A stretch of DNA of 32,250 bases. Source: Candidatus Omnitrophota bacterium. Its GTDB lineage: Bacteria > Hinthialibacterota > Hinthialibacteria > JAKQFZ01. The notes beneath the pieces were generated by a model. It made no database searches and was not told the DNA's origin. It saw only the letters and a list, made by a program, of their open reading frames with translations. The translations under genes were made by a program, and so were the position numbers. The stretch spans positions 1 to 32,250 of the forward strand of contig JAKQFZ010000346.1 of NCBI GenBank assembly GCA_029558215.1. Direction: 5' to 3'. Of the stretch, positions 1 through 8,591 are shown one piece after another (the first letter of the stretch is position 1; each line of letters begins with the position of its first letter).

Positions 1-229
1 CTTTAGGAATGGTGGCTATGAGAGCTCCACAATGACACTCAGCGCTGGCTACAGTTACAAGTTCACCCTGTTCGAGGACAATGATCCGTTCAATATGTTT
101 GACACAGTCAAGGATGTGAAGATATCCTACTATAGTGGAACCGGCGAAGAGGTTCTCGAGCAGGAGTCTTGGATCTTCAAGCGAGAAGCCTTGGGGATTT
201 GGCGGATCATCGAGATGTCGCTTCCCTAA
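1..229 (+). CDS. 3' end of a CDS entering from the left edge; hypothetical protein
   Basis: The frame of ORF 32..229 stays open back to base 2 (..FRNGGYESST precedes the first Met). Stop TAA at 227-229. No motif I recognise. Confidence 0.4.
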   Translation, partial: FRNGGYESSTMTLSAGYSYKFTLFEDNDPFNMFDTVKDVKISYYSGTGEEVLEQESWIFKREALGIWRIIEMSLP

Positions 230-272
230 GCAGATCCGCTGCGGACGGGACGACACTTTGAGAAAGGATATC

Positions 273-296
273 GAGGCCGGCGGACCCGCCGGCCTC
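273..296 (+). terminator. GC-rich hairpin (10-bp perfect stem GAGGCCGGCG / CGCCGGCCTC, loop GACC) after the upstream CDS
   Basis: Read directly from the sequence, 44 nt after the stop at 229. No U-tract follows, so it may be a terminator or an RNA-stability/regulatory hairpin. Confidence 0.4.
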
Positions 297-309
297 ACCA
301 CTATCAACC

Positions 310-762
310 ATGGCACTTATCAACTGTCGCAAATGCAACAAGCTGTTCATGAGCCTGAAATGGCCTATCTGTCCGGAGTGTCTCAAGGAGGAGGAGGAGA
401 TTCTGACTCAAGTCCAGCACTATCTTCGGGACCATCCCAAAGAATCGCTGGATGAAGTGGTTGAGGCTCTCGATGTGGACAAGGCACTCATCATGAAGTT
501 CATCCGAGAGAAGAGGCTGATCATCTCTGCGGGTTCTTCAGTACGTCTGACATGCAGTTCCTGCGGAGCACCGGTTCTTTCCGGAACCCTCTGCAGGGCG
601 TGTCAAGCCCGACTGACAGGAGGTGCCTCTCCGTCTTCCGAATCCAAAGAGACCACCAAACCAAGTGAAAGCCAAGCGCCGAAGTCAACCATGACCGACA
701 GCAGATTCCGCTCCCATGGTGGTGGGAGTTCCAGTATTAAGGACAAGTTTCAAAGAGGCTGA
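310..762 (+). CDS. YvyF-type (TIGR03826-like) flagellar-region zinc-ribbon protein
   Basis: N-terminal CRKCNKLF..ICPEC..EEEE, central helical segment (..DKALIMKFIREKRL..), second CxxC..CxxC (CSSCGAP..CRACQ). This is the architecture of the Bacillus yvyF family. No obvious SD precedes the ATG at 310. Confidence 0.6.
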   Translation: MALINCRKCNKLFMSLKWPICPECLKEEEEILTQVQHYLRDHPKESLDEVVEALDVDKALIMKFIREKRLIISAGSSVRLTCSSCGAPVLSGTLCRACQARLTGGASPSSESKETTKPSESQAPKSTMTDSRFRSHGGGSSSIKDKFQRG

Positions 763-769
763 GCAGGCC

Positions 770-1456
770 ATGCTCCCATTTCCGAAGGGACTTGTCGTTT
801 CTTGTCAGTCCAATCCGGGTGACGCGCTGCATGGATCACATTTCATGCAGGCGATGGCAGTGGCGGCGCAGAAGGGTGGGGCGGTTGCGATTCGAGCCAA
901 TGGTCCGGCAGACATTGCAGCGATCAAAGCGGTGACTGCACTTCCGGTGATCGGTATCTGGCGCATCTATGATCCGGGCTGCGAGGTCTACATCACGCCC
1001 ACCTTTGAATCGGCACAGGTGATCCGGAGTGCTGGAGCCGAAGTGATCGCTTTCGACGCAACATCGAGGAAGAGGCCAAAGAGTTTGACGCTGGCGGAAT
1101 TGGTGCGGCAGTTGAAGGCTCTGAACACTCCCTTGATGGCCGATATTTCGACCTATGAAGAGGGCTGTCGGGCTGCAGAACTTGGAGTGGATATCATCGC
1201 AACGACGCTGGCTGGATTCACCGGTGGACAGAGGATGGAGCACGGAGCCCCTGATCTGAATCTTTTGCAGCAACTGATTGCCAATGTCAACCTGCCTGTC
1301 ATAGCTGAAGGCAGGTATACGACTCCGGAGCTGGTGCGTCAGGCGATGCAGATGGGAGCCTATGCCGTTGTAGTTGGTAAGGCGATCACGCAGCCTGAAT
1401 TCATTGTGCGGAAATTTGTGCAAGGCGTGAGCGGGTGCCAGTCGGTTTCAGGTTGA
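770..1456 (+). CDS. nanE: putative N-acetylmannosamine-6-phosphate 2-epimerase
   Basis: GLVVSCQ..GAVAIRANG..PVIGI..YITP..IIATTLAGFTG..PVIAEGR..AVVVGKAITQP is a NanE-family TIM barrel. Start moved to Met19 of ORF 716..1456 (ATG 770), just after the yvyF-like stop. Confidence 0.8.
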   Translation: MLPFPKGLVVSCQSNPGDALHGSHFMQAMAVAAQKGGAVAIRANGPADIAAIKAVTALPVIGIWRIYDPGCEVYITPTFESAQVIRSAGAEVIAFDATSRKRPKSLTLAELVRQLKALNTPLMADISTYEEGCRAAELGVDIIATTLAGFTGGQRMEHGAPDLNLLQQLIANVNLPVIAEGRYTTPELVRQAMQMGAYAVVVGKAITQPEFIVRKFVQGVSGCQSVSG

Positions 1457-1524
1457 CTTGCATCGCCACTCTTCACAATAATGGTTTCTGGTTTTGTACC
1501 GTAGGACAGGAAAGGAGACCGCAA

Positions 1525-2751
1525 ATGCGTTTGTCGGTTCTGAAAGAAACAAGGGATGCTGAAGCCGGAAGATGGACGGCTCTGTTTGTCTGGGGGATCG
1601 TTTTCCTGCTCGCCAGTCCGTTTGTATCCCAATGCGACGGCAGGGCATTCAGACTGATTTCGGTGGAAGCGGAAGCCGAGGGGGTCAACGACGAATCGTA
1701 CAAACTGGCGGTTTCACGTGCGCAACAGACCGCCGTTGAACAGGCCTTGGGTCTGCTCATTCCACGTAGTAGAATAGAAGCGAATCGTCAGGCTCTTCTC
1801 GACGCGATTCTCTACCATGCCGAGCAGTATACGGCGACCTCTGAGATTACTTTTACGTTCCGACGTGATCGGGATCTGTCCAACATTGACGACATCGGCA
1901 GTTCTATTGTTGGAGCCAGGTATCACGTGGACATGGGCGCCCTTGAAAACAAACTGGATGAGGTTGGTCTTCTGGGTGAGAGCGAGCCTGTCGCTACGGT
2001 CATATTCGCACTGGATTGCGAAGTGGACGGGGTTGTGTTTGATGCCACGGCTGCCCGTGAGATCTTTGTGAGGGAGTTGGCGGCAAACGCTTTCAAACTT
2101 CTTGACTCTGAGGAGATTCGAAGCACCCTCCATGGAACACGATCCGAAGGCACAGAGCAAGAGGATTGGGCTTTCGAAGTTGGCAAGGAATTTGCTGTTG
2201 ACTATGTCTTGTTGGTGAAGGGTAGCGGACTTGCTCAGGAAAAGTCGGTGCTTCTGACCAAGACACTTTACCCCTGTGATACTACGCTCACAGCCCGTGT
2301 GTTCGATTTGCGGACTCGGAAGATCTCCGATTCAGAGGAGTTCTCCGGAAAATCAGAAGCAGAAACTCTGAGCGTCGCGGCTGCCGACGGTTTCAGCAAT
2401 GCGGCGGATTTCATTGCCAGGACACTTTTCCCACGTGTTCGCACCGCATGGCGTGAACGATACTGGAAGGGTAACACCATACAGATCGATCTGTCTGAAG
2501 TAAACTATGCGAGTTGCCACAAGCTGCTTCGTGAACTGCGGTCGCTCAGTTGGGTGAATTCTGCCAGACGGGTGAAACTGGTGGATGACACTGCCGTGCT
2601 AAGTGTCACCGTTCGCGACGATTCCGCTGGGCTGGCCAACACGATGATTCATTTGCCAGGTATCTCCATGGAGTTGGTCGAAGTAAGCGCAACCAAGATC
2701 GTTGCCAAGACCAAACCACCCAAGAGGATTCTGCCCGTTCGGAAGGACTGA
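1525..2751 (+). CDS. hypothetical secreted protein (N-terminal signal/anchor; weak LPP20/FlgT-N-like motif)
   Basis: ATG 1525 is preceded by AGGAAAGGAG. The N-terminus has a hydrophobic stretch WTALFVWGIVFLLASPFVSQC. Segment ..YKLAVSRAQQTAVEQALGLLI.. is reminiscent of LPP20/FlgT N-domains. No family is confidently recognised. Confidence 0.55.
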   Translation: MRLSVLKETRDAEAGRWTALFVWGIVFLLASPFVSQCDGRAFRLISVEAEAEGVNDESYKLAVSRAQQTAVEQALGLLIPRSRIEANRQALLDAILYHAEQYTATSEITFTFRRDRDLSNIDDIGSSIVGARYHVDMGALENKLDEVGLLGESEPVATVIFALDCEVDGVVFDATAAREIFVRELAANAFKLLDSEEIRSTLHGTRSEGTEQEDWAFEVGKEFAVDYVLLVKGSGLAQEKSVLLTKTLYPCDTTLTARVFDLRTRKISDSEEFSGKSEAETLSVAAADGFSNAADFIARTLFPRVRTAWRERYWKGNTIQIDLSEVNYASCHKLLRELRSLSWVNSARRVKLVDDTAVLSVTVRDDSAGLANTMIHLPGISMELVEVSATKIVAKTKPPKRILPVRKD

Positions 2752-2762
2752 CACGCATACTC

Positions 2763-4019
2763 ATGGACTGCAATCAACAGGTCAGCGCGATTGTTCAACA
2801 GGCGAAAGCCTGCTGTGTTGTGATGCGTCAGCTTGGCTCTGCCACAAAGAGCGGCGTGCTTCTTGAGGTGGCGAGGCAGATTCGTTCTCGTGGCGACTTC
2901 ATCCAACAGGAGAATCGAAAGGATCTCGAGTTTGGCAGAAGCAAGGGGCTTTCACCGGCGCTCTTGGAGCGCCTGGAACTCACCCCGAAGCGAATTGAGG
3001 AAATGGCCACGGGCGTTGAGGAAATTGTTGCCCTGCCCGATCCTGTCGGTGAAGTGACACGAATGTGGCGCAGACCCAACGGAATGCAGGTCGGAAGGAT
3101 GCGCGTTCCACTGGGTGTTATTGCAATCATCTACGAGTCGCGTCCCAATGTTACCATTGACGCTGCGTCTTTGTGTTTCAAGTCTGGCAACGTCTCTGTT
3201 TTGCGTGGGGGTTCCGAAGCGGCTCATTCCAACGAAGCATTGATCTCAGTCTTCAGGAGAGCGTGCGTTGCCAAGGGTGTTCCGGCCGAAGTCGTTTCCT
3301 CGCTGGGAACGACTGAACGTGATGCAGTTCAAGCGCTTCTGAAGATGGATGCCTATGTGGACGTTGTCATCCCACGCGGTGGCAAGAGTCTCATCCGAAA
3401 TGTGATGGAGAACTCCACTATTCCGGTCATCAAGCACTATGAAGGTATCTGTCATCTCTTTGTAGACAGAGCGGCCGATCTGGAAATGGCGCTGCGGCTG
3501 ACTGTGAACGCCAAGGTTCAACGGCCAGGAACGTGTAACGCTTTGGAGACGCTTCTGGTTCATCGAGAAGTTGCTGCGGAGTTTCTGCCAAAGGTCTGTG
3601 ACGCCTTGACTCAAGCGGGTGTCCAGATGCTTGGGTGCGAAGAGACACGGAGCATCTGCCCGCAAGTCAAATCAGCTACCGAAGAGGATTGGTCCACGGA
3701 GTACCTTGATCTCATCCTTTCCATTCGTGTCGTTCGAGATTTTGATGAAGCGGTTGCCCACATCGAGAAATACGGATCGCATCATACGGACACCATCGTG
3801 ACGCGGGACTGGGAAACAGCACACCGGTTCGTGCAACAGGTGGATTCATCGTCCGTCATGGTAAATGTCTCCACCCGTTTTTCGGATGGGTTTCAGTACG
3901 GCCTGGGGGCGGAAATCGGAATCAGCACGGACAAACTCCATGCTCGAGGCCCCATGGGTTTGGAGGAACTGACCACACAGAAATTCATCGTCTTCGGCAA
4001 CGGTCAGGAGCGCACGTAG
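2763..4019 (+). CDS. proA: glutamate-5-semialdehyde dehydrogenase (gamma-glutamyl phosphate reductase)
   Basis: Full-length ProA-like sequence (..IYESRPNVT.D..LC.KSGN..LRGG..GTCNALETLLVH..YGS.HTD.IVT..VNASTRF.DG..GLGAEIGIST.KLHARGPMGL..LT). Confidence 0.95.
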   Translation: MDCNQQVSAIVQQAKACCVVMRQLGSATKSGVLLEVARQIRSRGDFIQQENRKDLEFGRSKGLSPALLERLELTPKRIEEMATGVEEIVALPDPVGEVTRMWRRPNGMQVGRMRVPLGVIAIIYESRPNVTIDAASLCFKSGNVSVLRGGSEAAHSNEALISVFRRACVAKGVPAEVVSSLGTTERDAVQALLKMDAYVDVVIPRGGKSLIRNVMENSTIPVIKHYEGICHLFVDRAADLEMALRLTVNAKVQRPGTCNALETLLVHREVAAEFLPKVCDALTQAGVQMLGCEETRSICPQVKSATEEDWSTEYLDLILSIRVVRDFDEAVAHIEKYGSHHTDTIVTRDWETAHRFVQQVDSSSVMVNVSTRFSDGFQYGLGAEIGISTDKLHARGPMGLEELTTQKFIVFGNGQERT

Positions 4020-4034
4020 CGTCTTCTCCGCTCT

Positions 4035-5954
4035 TCACGAAAACCTGGGGATAATCTCCTCGATCAAAGAAATCGCCTCGCTCGAACAAATCCGAATTGC
4101 GTCAAAGAGCAGTTTGCGACGTTTGACGAACTCGATGGCACGCTCCTTCTGCTGCTCGGGCGTTGAGGCTCTCTTGAGGCGCTGCGAGAACAGGAAATGC
4201 ACTCCGGCGATATAGCGTTGAAGAAACGCGAGAGCCAGATGGTAGGTGCCCATCTGATCCAGCAGTGTATTCATTTCCTTCATCTGTCGCTCGGCCTGCT
4301 TGGCGCTGCTGCGTTCGCCCTGGAAGAACTCCTCAAGTGAAACCGACAGACGATACCCACGCTGAGCGGACTCCCTTGCAGTATCGAGCTGCGCTTGTGC
4401 AGTTCGAAGCCCCTGAACAATCATCTGTATCTGCTCTGTGGATGGGCTGGGCTTGAGACACCCTTCCAACTTCTCTCTGATCGGTTGACGACTCTGGCAG
4501 TACTGAGCGATGGCATCGGCGAGCGTCATGATCTGGGTGCCCTGCTTGCTGGCGCCACCTTCTGTTGCGTCTATGACAGTCTGTTTGGTCTGATGGAACT
4601 CGCGCTCGAATTGCCGCAGGTAGACATAAAGAATGTCCAGACTGGGGACTTCGGGTGCAGTGATGCCTGGAACCCAGAAGACCTTTCGCCTCTGAAGTTT
4701 GCTTGGATCATGAGGGTCTGAAATGATCACATGGTTGCGATCGTTTGGATCCTTGCGGTATCTGCCGCGCAAAGAAGCACCGGCGACGTGCGTTGGCCCT
4801 TCTTCGGGGGGAAGAGCCAAATCCAAACCGACCAGAATGATCGGATCGCACCCCATCATTCGCGCCAGGTAGAATGACGTGTGCGCCACCGTGTTTCCCT
4901 TCTCCAGAAAACCAATCTGCCCCAACGTCTGTTCCAGCCACTGAACAATTCTCAGTCCTTTGATCCCGACAAACATTTTCTGTCCCGCAAACTTGGACTG
5001 AACCTTGGAGTAACACTCGGAGTCGAACGCCAGAATCGAGTCGTTCACAACATCCGTTCGGTTGAAGTGCTTCAGTGTCGTCTCCGAGGGATCGATCGTC
5101 GTGACGATGTGAGGAGTGATGCCTCGCTCCCGCAAAGTCTGGAAGGAGGTGTTCACGGTAATGATCAACGCGGAGTCCTGCACTTGCCTCAGTAGTTCGA
5201 TGTTCTTGTCCAAGGATGGGCCTGCCGCAACGACCACCGCGGGACATCCTGTGAATTTCCCCTCGAAATTCGCCACGCCTGTTGCATGCACAGAATCAGG
5301 GAGATTCAGAATCACGTTACGCTGAAACTCAGTGCCCTTCAGGAGTGCAGTCTGAACATCCGAACGTCCTTGCAGCACCATATCAATGACTCGTTGAGTG
5401 GCATCCTGATAGAACTCCGGATACAGTGAGATGGACGGGCGATGATCGATCAATCTGACGCCACCCAACAACGCTTTTAGAATTCTCTCCCGAAGAGCAA
5501 CGGAGAATTCTGTGAGCGCATCACCACAGACGATACTCAGCCGGGCGTCGCTGAGAAGATGAGACAGATCGCTGTGCTCCAGAGCCTTTCGCAGAATTTG
5601 AGGGCTGCGCTCAATCACAAGGCAGAAACCCATCTGACTTTCAACGGCTCTGAATAGTTCCAACAGATGGTGCCCCATGCCAATGCCAAAGACGACGAAA
5701 CTGTCCCCAGGTTCAGGAGCCAGTGACTGGATCATCCGCGATGCTTCGCGCTTTGGATCCCGTGCGCTGTGCAGCAGGATACGGCTACCTTGCTCATTGT
5801 CGGCTGCCAAGCTGAAAAGACCTGATGGAGTCTCCACCGCAGAGAGCGTAAATCCTGCCGGTGAAACATCCTTTTGCTCAAGATGCAACAGTTCTGCCGC
5901 AAGCGCCGGATTGGTCTGATCCAAAGCTGCGAGATTCTTCTGAAGCACATCCAT
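4035..5954 (-). CDS. Maf-family (motility-associated factor, DUF115/MptE-like) glycosyltransferase
   Basis: Central motif CPAVVVAAGPSLDKNIELL..ALIITVNTSFQTL..ITPHIVTTIDP, N-terminus MDVLQKNLAAL..NPALA, long helical C-terminus. Start set to Met18 of ORF 4035..6005 (ATG at 5954). Confidence 0.75.
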   Translation of the reverse strand: MDVLQKNLAALDQTNPALAAELLHLEQKDVSPAGFTLSAVETPSGLFSLAADNEQGSRILLHSARDPKREASRMIQSLAPEPGDSFVVFGIGMGHHLLELFRAVESQMGFCLVIERSPQILRKALEHSDLSHLLSDARLSIVCGDALTEFSVALRERILKALLGGVRLIDHRPSISLYPEFYQDATQRVIDMVLQGRSDVQTALLKGTEFQRNVILNLPDSVHATGVANFEGKFTGCPAVVVAAGPSLDKNIELLRQVQDSALIITVNTSFQTLRERGITPHIVTTIDPSETTLKHFNRTDVVNDSILAFDSECYSKVQSKFAGQKMFVGIKGLRIVQWLEQTLGQIGFLEKGNTVAHTSFYLARMMGCDPIILVGLDLALPPEEGPTHVAGASLRGRYRKDPNDRNHVIISDPHDPSKLQRRKVFWVPGITAPEVPSLDILYVYLRQFEREFHQTKQTVIDATEGGASKQGTQIMTLADAIAQYCQSRQPIREKLEGCLKPSPSTEQIQMIVQGLRTAQAQLDTARESAQRGYRLSVSLEEFFQGERSSAKQAERQMKEMNTLLDQMGTYHLALAFLQRYIAGVHFLFSQRLKRASTPEQQKERAIEFVKRRKLLFDAIRICSSEAISLIEEIIPRFS

Positions 5955-6087
5955 GTTTGGTCGTCTCCTTACCGCACAACGGACAAAGATCATCTCCGTT
6001 GCCAACTACAGGCTTGTCAGTGCAAACCCACATGAACAAGCGTACCTTCTGTGCCAATCTGAGTCAAGGTCGCAGCCCCTTGCTGCT

Positions 6088-7197
6088 CTATGGAATGGCT
6101 GCCAGCACAACCTCATCAGAGAATCGGGCACTGTCCAGGGATTGCTGCACACCCGGAATGAGCTCCTTGATCTTCTCCACAACGGATGGGTCATCCAGGT
6201 GGTAAGACATCTGCGTTGCCCATTCATAGGCATCCATACCGAAGTACCAGACTGCGGCAGGAGCCAATGAGGCATTTGCAAAGGCCGTGGCGAGAGAGTT
6301 GTCGCTGAAGATATGAATGTGACCCATCGGATTCAGATGGCGAACCAATGAATCGTTCCACTGACTTTGTATCGCAGTTCCAAGGCACTCCCAGCGTGGC
6401 ACTTCTGCGATGACCATTCCCTTGTGTTGTGACAAGTGCTTGCGGGCAGCATTGAGGAATTGCACCGGTTCGGCGACATGCTCAATCACTCCCCAAAATG
6501 TGATTAGATCATATTCCGGCAGCGACAGATCGTTGCTCAGAAAATCCTCGGCACGAAGATCGATCTCAAAATGCCTCTTACAATAATCCCTGCTGGACTC
6601 GCTCAGTTCAATCCCGTCCGCGTTCAGTCCGAGAAGGTGACAGGCATAGACAAAGTGTCCGCCACCGGCACCGACATCGAGAATGCGTTCAGGTTTTGTG
6701 CCGTGGACGCGCTCGAACTCCGCCAGAGCCCACTGTGCCTTGGGTGTGGCGACCTGCTTCACGCGAGTCTCACTAGTGCGTCTGTCGGTGTAGGTGGATG
6801 CGATAGGAGCATCCTCAGAGTAGAAGCGGTCTAAGGCCCTCTGCCCAGGTCGGTTGATGACAAACCGATGTGTGCAAGACAGACATTCATGATAGCGCGC
6901 ATTATAGATCTGGACACTGAACCGGCTTTGCTCTGCCGGTGCATTGCAGATTGGACACGCCTGAACGATTTCAATCTCCGGGGAAGAGAAGAGGGCGCTG
7001 CGAGTCTTCTTGACATGCTCCACCTGCGCACGAAAATCCTCCAGCACATCGAGTTTCAGCGACAAAATGTCAATCGGCTTACCGTAGGTTGCATGCACGG
7101 TGAAGGTCTTGCGCGATTTATCAGGGGACTCCCACATTTCGAAGGGCTCTGTCGAACATTGGCCCGAAAGGGACGTCGTTCTCTTCCAAATGGACAT
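6088..7197 (-). CDS. class I SAM-dependent methyltransferase with N-terminal zinc ribbon
   Basis: CPICNAP..17 aa..CLSCTH Zn-ribbon followed by the SAM motif ILDVGAGGGHF. GGAG lies 7 nt before the ATG. Located upstream of, and co-oriented with, the Maf gene. Confidence 0.8.
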   Translation of the reverse strand: MSIWKRTTSLSGQCSTEPFEMWESPDKSRKTFTVHATYGKPIDILSLKLDVLEDFRAQVEHVKKTRSALFSSPEIEIVQACPICNAPAEQSRFSVQIYNARYHECLSCTHRFVINRPGQRALDRFYSEDAPIASTYTDRRTSETRVKQVATPKAQWALAEFERVHGTKPERILDVGAGGGHFVYACHLLGLNADGIELSESSRDYCKRHFEIDLRAEDFLSNDLSLPEYDLITFWGVIEHVAEPVQFLNAARKHLSQHKGMVIAEVPRWECLGTAIQSQWNDSLVRHLNPMGHIHIFSDNSLATAFANASLAPAAVWYFGMDAYEWATQMSYHLDDPSVVEKIKELIPGVQQSLDSARFSDEVVLAAIP

Positions 7198-7241
7198 GAT
7201 GATTCACTCCGTTGACAAACACATTATATCTGATGACGTAT

Positions 7242-7269
7242 CGTATATGTTTATCAGTAACATAGTCAA
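7242..7269 (-). promoter_or_regulatory. candidate sigma-70-type promoter for the methyltransferase/Maf operon (TTGACT-N16-TATACG)
   Basis: Hexamers read on the minus strand in the AT-richer divergent spacer 7198-7464. Prediction by eye only. Confidence 0.3.
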
Positions 7270-7371
7270 ACCACGTCAGCGGTTTACTTTGCTGCTTTCA
7301 AGAAGATCTGGTGTACAAATGACACAACATCCGGTCTTGGGATATCCCTCATTTGTTGCCAAGACTTGGGA

Positions 7372-7400
7372 TTGAAAAGGTGGCTTCTATAGGCTACATT
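7372..7400 (+). promoter_or_regulatory. candidate sigma-70-type promoter for the ankyrin/DegT genes (TTGAAA-N17-TACATT)
   Basis: Hexamers at 7372-7377 and 7395-7400, about 65 nt upstream of ATG 7465. Prediction by eye only. Confidence 0.3.
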
Positions 7401-7464
7401 TAGGAAGTTCCGGACAGAATTGTGCTCTGCAGCTCTATACGGATATGCAGGAGGCCTTGAAGCG

Positions 7465-8454
7465 ATGGCAAAAGCAAAAAGACTGTCTGCCGTTCTGTTT
7501 CTCATTGTGATCGGCATTGGCTCGGTCTGGGCGGAGACTCCGGTTACCGAGATTGATCCCTTTGTAGTCGTAAAAGCTAATGATGCGCTCTCGCTACGCC
7601 AATGGTTGGCACAAGATGGGGATCCAAATCTGCGAGGCAAGGGAACCACCACACTTCTGCATATCGCTGTCTTGTCGCGTTCCTCTGACTGCGTACGGGT
7701 ACTTCTGGAACATGGTGCAGTTGTAGATGCCACATCTGATTTCTATGGAGCACCCCTTAGATGGGTTCAGGATGTCACAAGTGCCAGTTATCTCATTGCC
7801 GCAGGGGCAGATGTCAACGCCATTGACCGAGAAGGCGATAGTCTCCTCGATCTCTGGGTTAAGTTGGGCAAGCCCCAGTCTGAATTGGTCCGTCTTTTGA
7901 TAGAGAGCGGGGCAAATATTGAACACCGGAACGCCCGCGGTGAGACACCGATTCATGCAGCGGCTTCATTCGGCTCTTGGGAGGCCTTCAGTCTCTTACT
8001 GGACAAGGGCGCCGACGCTCACTCTGTTGACTGCAATGGAAGAACGAGCCTGCATTCGGCGGCAGAGGGTGGCAACATCAAGATTGCCAAGAAACTTATC
8101 AATAGCGGGTTGGACGTGAATGCCACAGATGAAGGCGGCTATACGCCATTGCATATCGCGGCACACGAGGGGCTCTGGGAGATGGTTGACCTCTTGATCG
8201 CTCACGGTGCGGAAATAGCCCAAAAGGACAAGAGCGGCCGCAATGCACTTCACCTTGCAGTCATTGGTGAGCATTGGGATCCGGATGTACCAAGAAATCG
8301 CAACTGGGATTATTGCAAGACAATCCGCATCCTGATCCGAAAGGGGATGGACGTTCACGCGAAAGACGATGAGGGGAAGACACCGATCGAACACGTCTCG
8401 GAAGATGTCTTCCCGAATACCTTTGCTCTAATAGAGTCTGCCCGACGCAAGTAA
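7465..8454 (+). CDS. ankyrin-repeat protein with Sec-type signal peptide
   Basis: MAKAKRLSAVLFLIVIGIGSVWA|ETP signal peptide. Multiple ANK repeats follow (G.TLLHIAV.., GETPIHAAA.., GRTSLHSAAEGGN..IAKKLI..G.DVNA, GYTPLHIAAHEG.., GRNALHLAV.., GKTPIEH). RBS GCAGGAGG precedes ATG 7465 (Met16 of ORF 7420..8454). Confidence 0.85.
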   Translation: MAKAKRLSAVLFLIVIGIGSVWAETPVTEIDPFVVVKANDALSLRQWLAQDGDPNLRGKGTTTLLHIAVLSRSSDCVRVLLEHGAVVDATSDFYGAPLRWVQDVTSASYLIAAGADVNAIDREGDSLLDLWVKLGKPQSELVRLLIESGANIEHRNARGETPIHAAASFGSWEAFSLLLDKGADAHSVDCNGRTSLHSAAEGGNIKIAKKLINSGLDVNATDEGGYTPLHIAAHEGLWEMVDLLIAHGAEIAQKDKSGRNALHLAVIGEHWDPDVPRNRNWDYCKTIRILIRKGMDVHAKDDEGKTPIEHVSEDVFPNTFALIESARRK

Positions 8455-8591
8455 GTTGAACTCTGTCTATCCTCATGTCCCGAGTTCCAGACTTTGTTGC
8501 ACCGATCACCTCAGACTGCTATTGTTTCCGTCAATGAAGTCTCTCCGTGGCGGCATCTGCCGCATGGGAGCAGAATTGAGGAGGCTCTTAG

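Noticed and set aside
1710-1725. parS-like sequence GGTTTCACGTGCGCAA
   Set aside because: Only 11 of 16 positions match TGTTTCACGTGAAACA, with one half-site missing, and it lies inside a CDS.
5955-6005. 17-codon 5' extension of the Maf ORF; similar 5' extensions occur on nanE (716), the ankyrin gene (7420), folK (27537), katA (28715), the ThuA-like gene (31074) and cysT (18243)
   Set aside because: In each case an internal Met with a better RBS or a family-typical N-terminus is the more plausible start.
7372-7400. The same promoter-like hexamer pair TTGAAA-N17-TACATT occurs here and at 28173-28201
   Set aside because: Both are simply near-consensus sigma-70 hexamers, and the spacers share no sequence. 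I treat this as coincidence, not a shared regulatory element.
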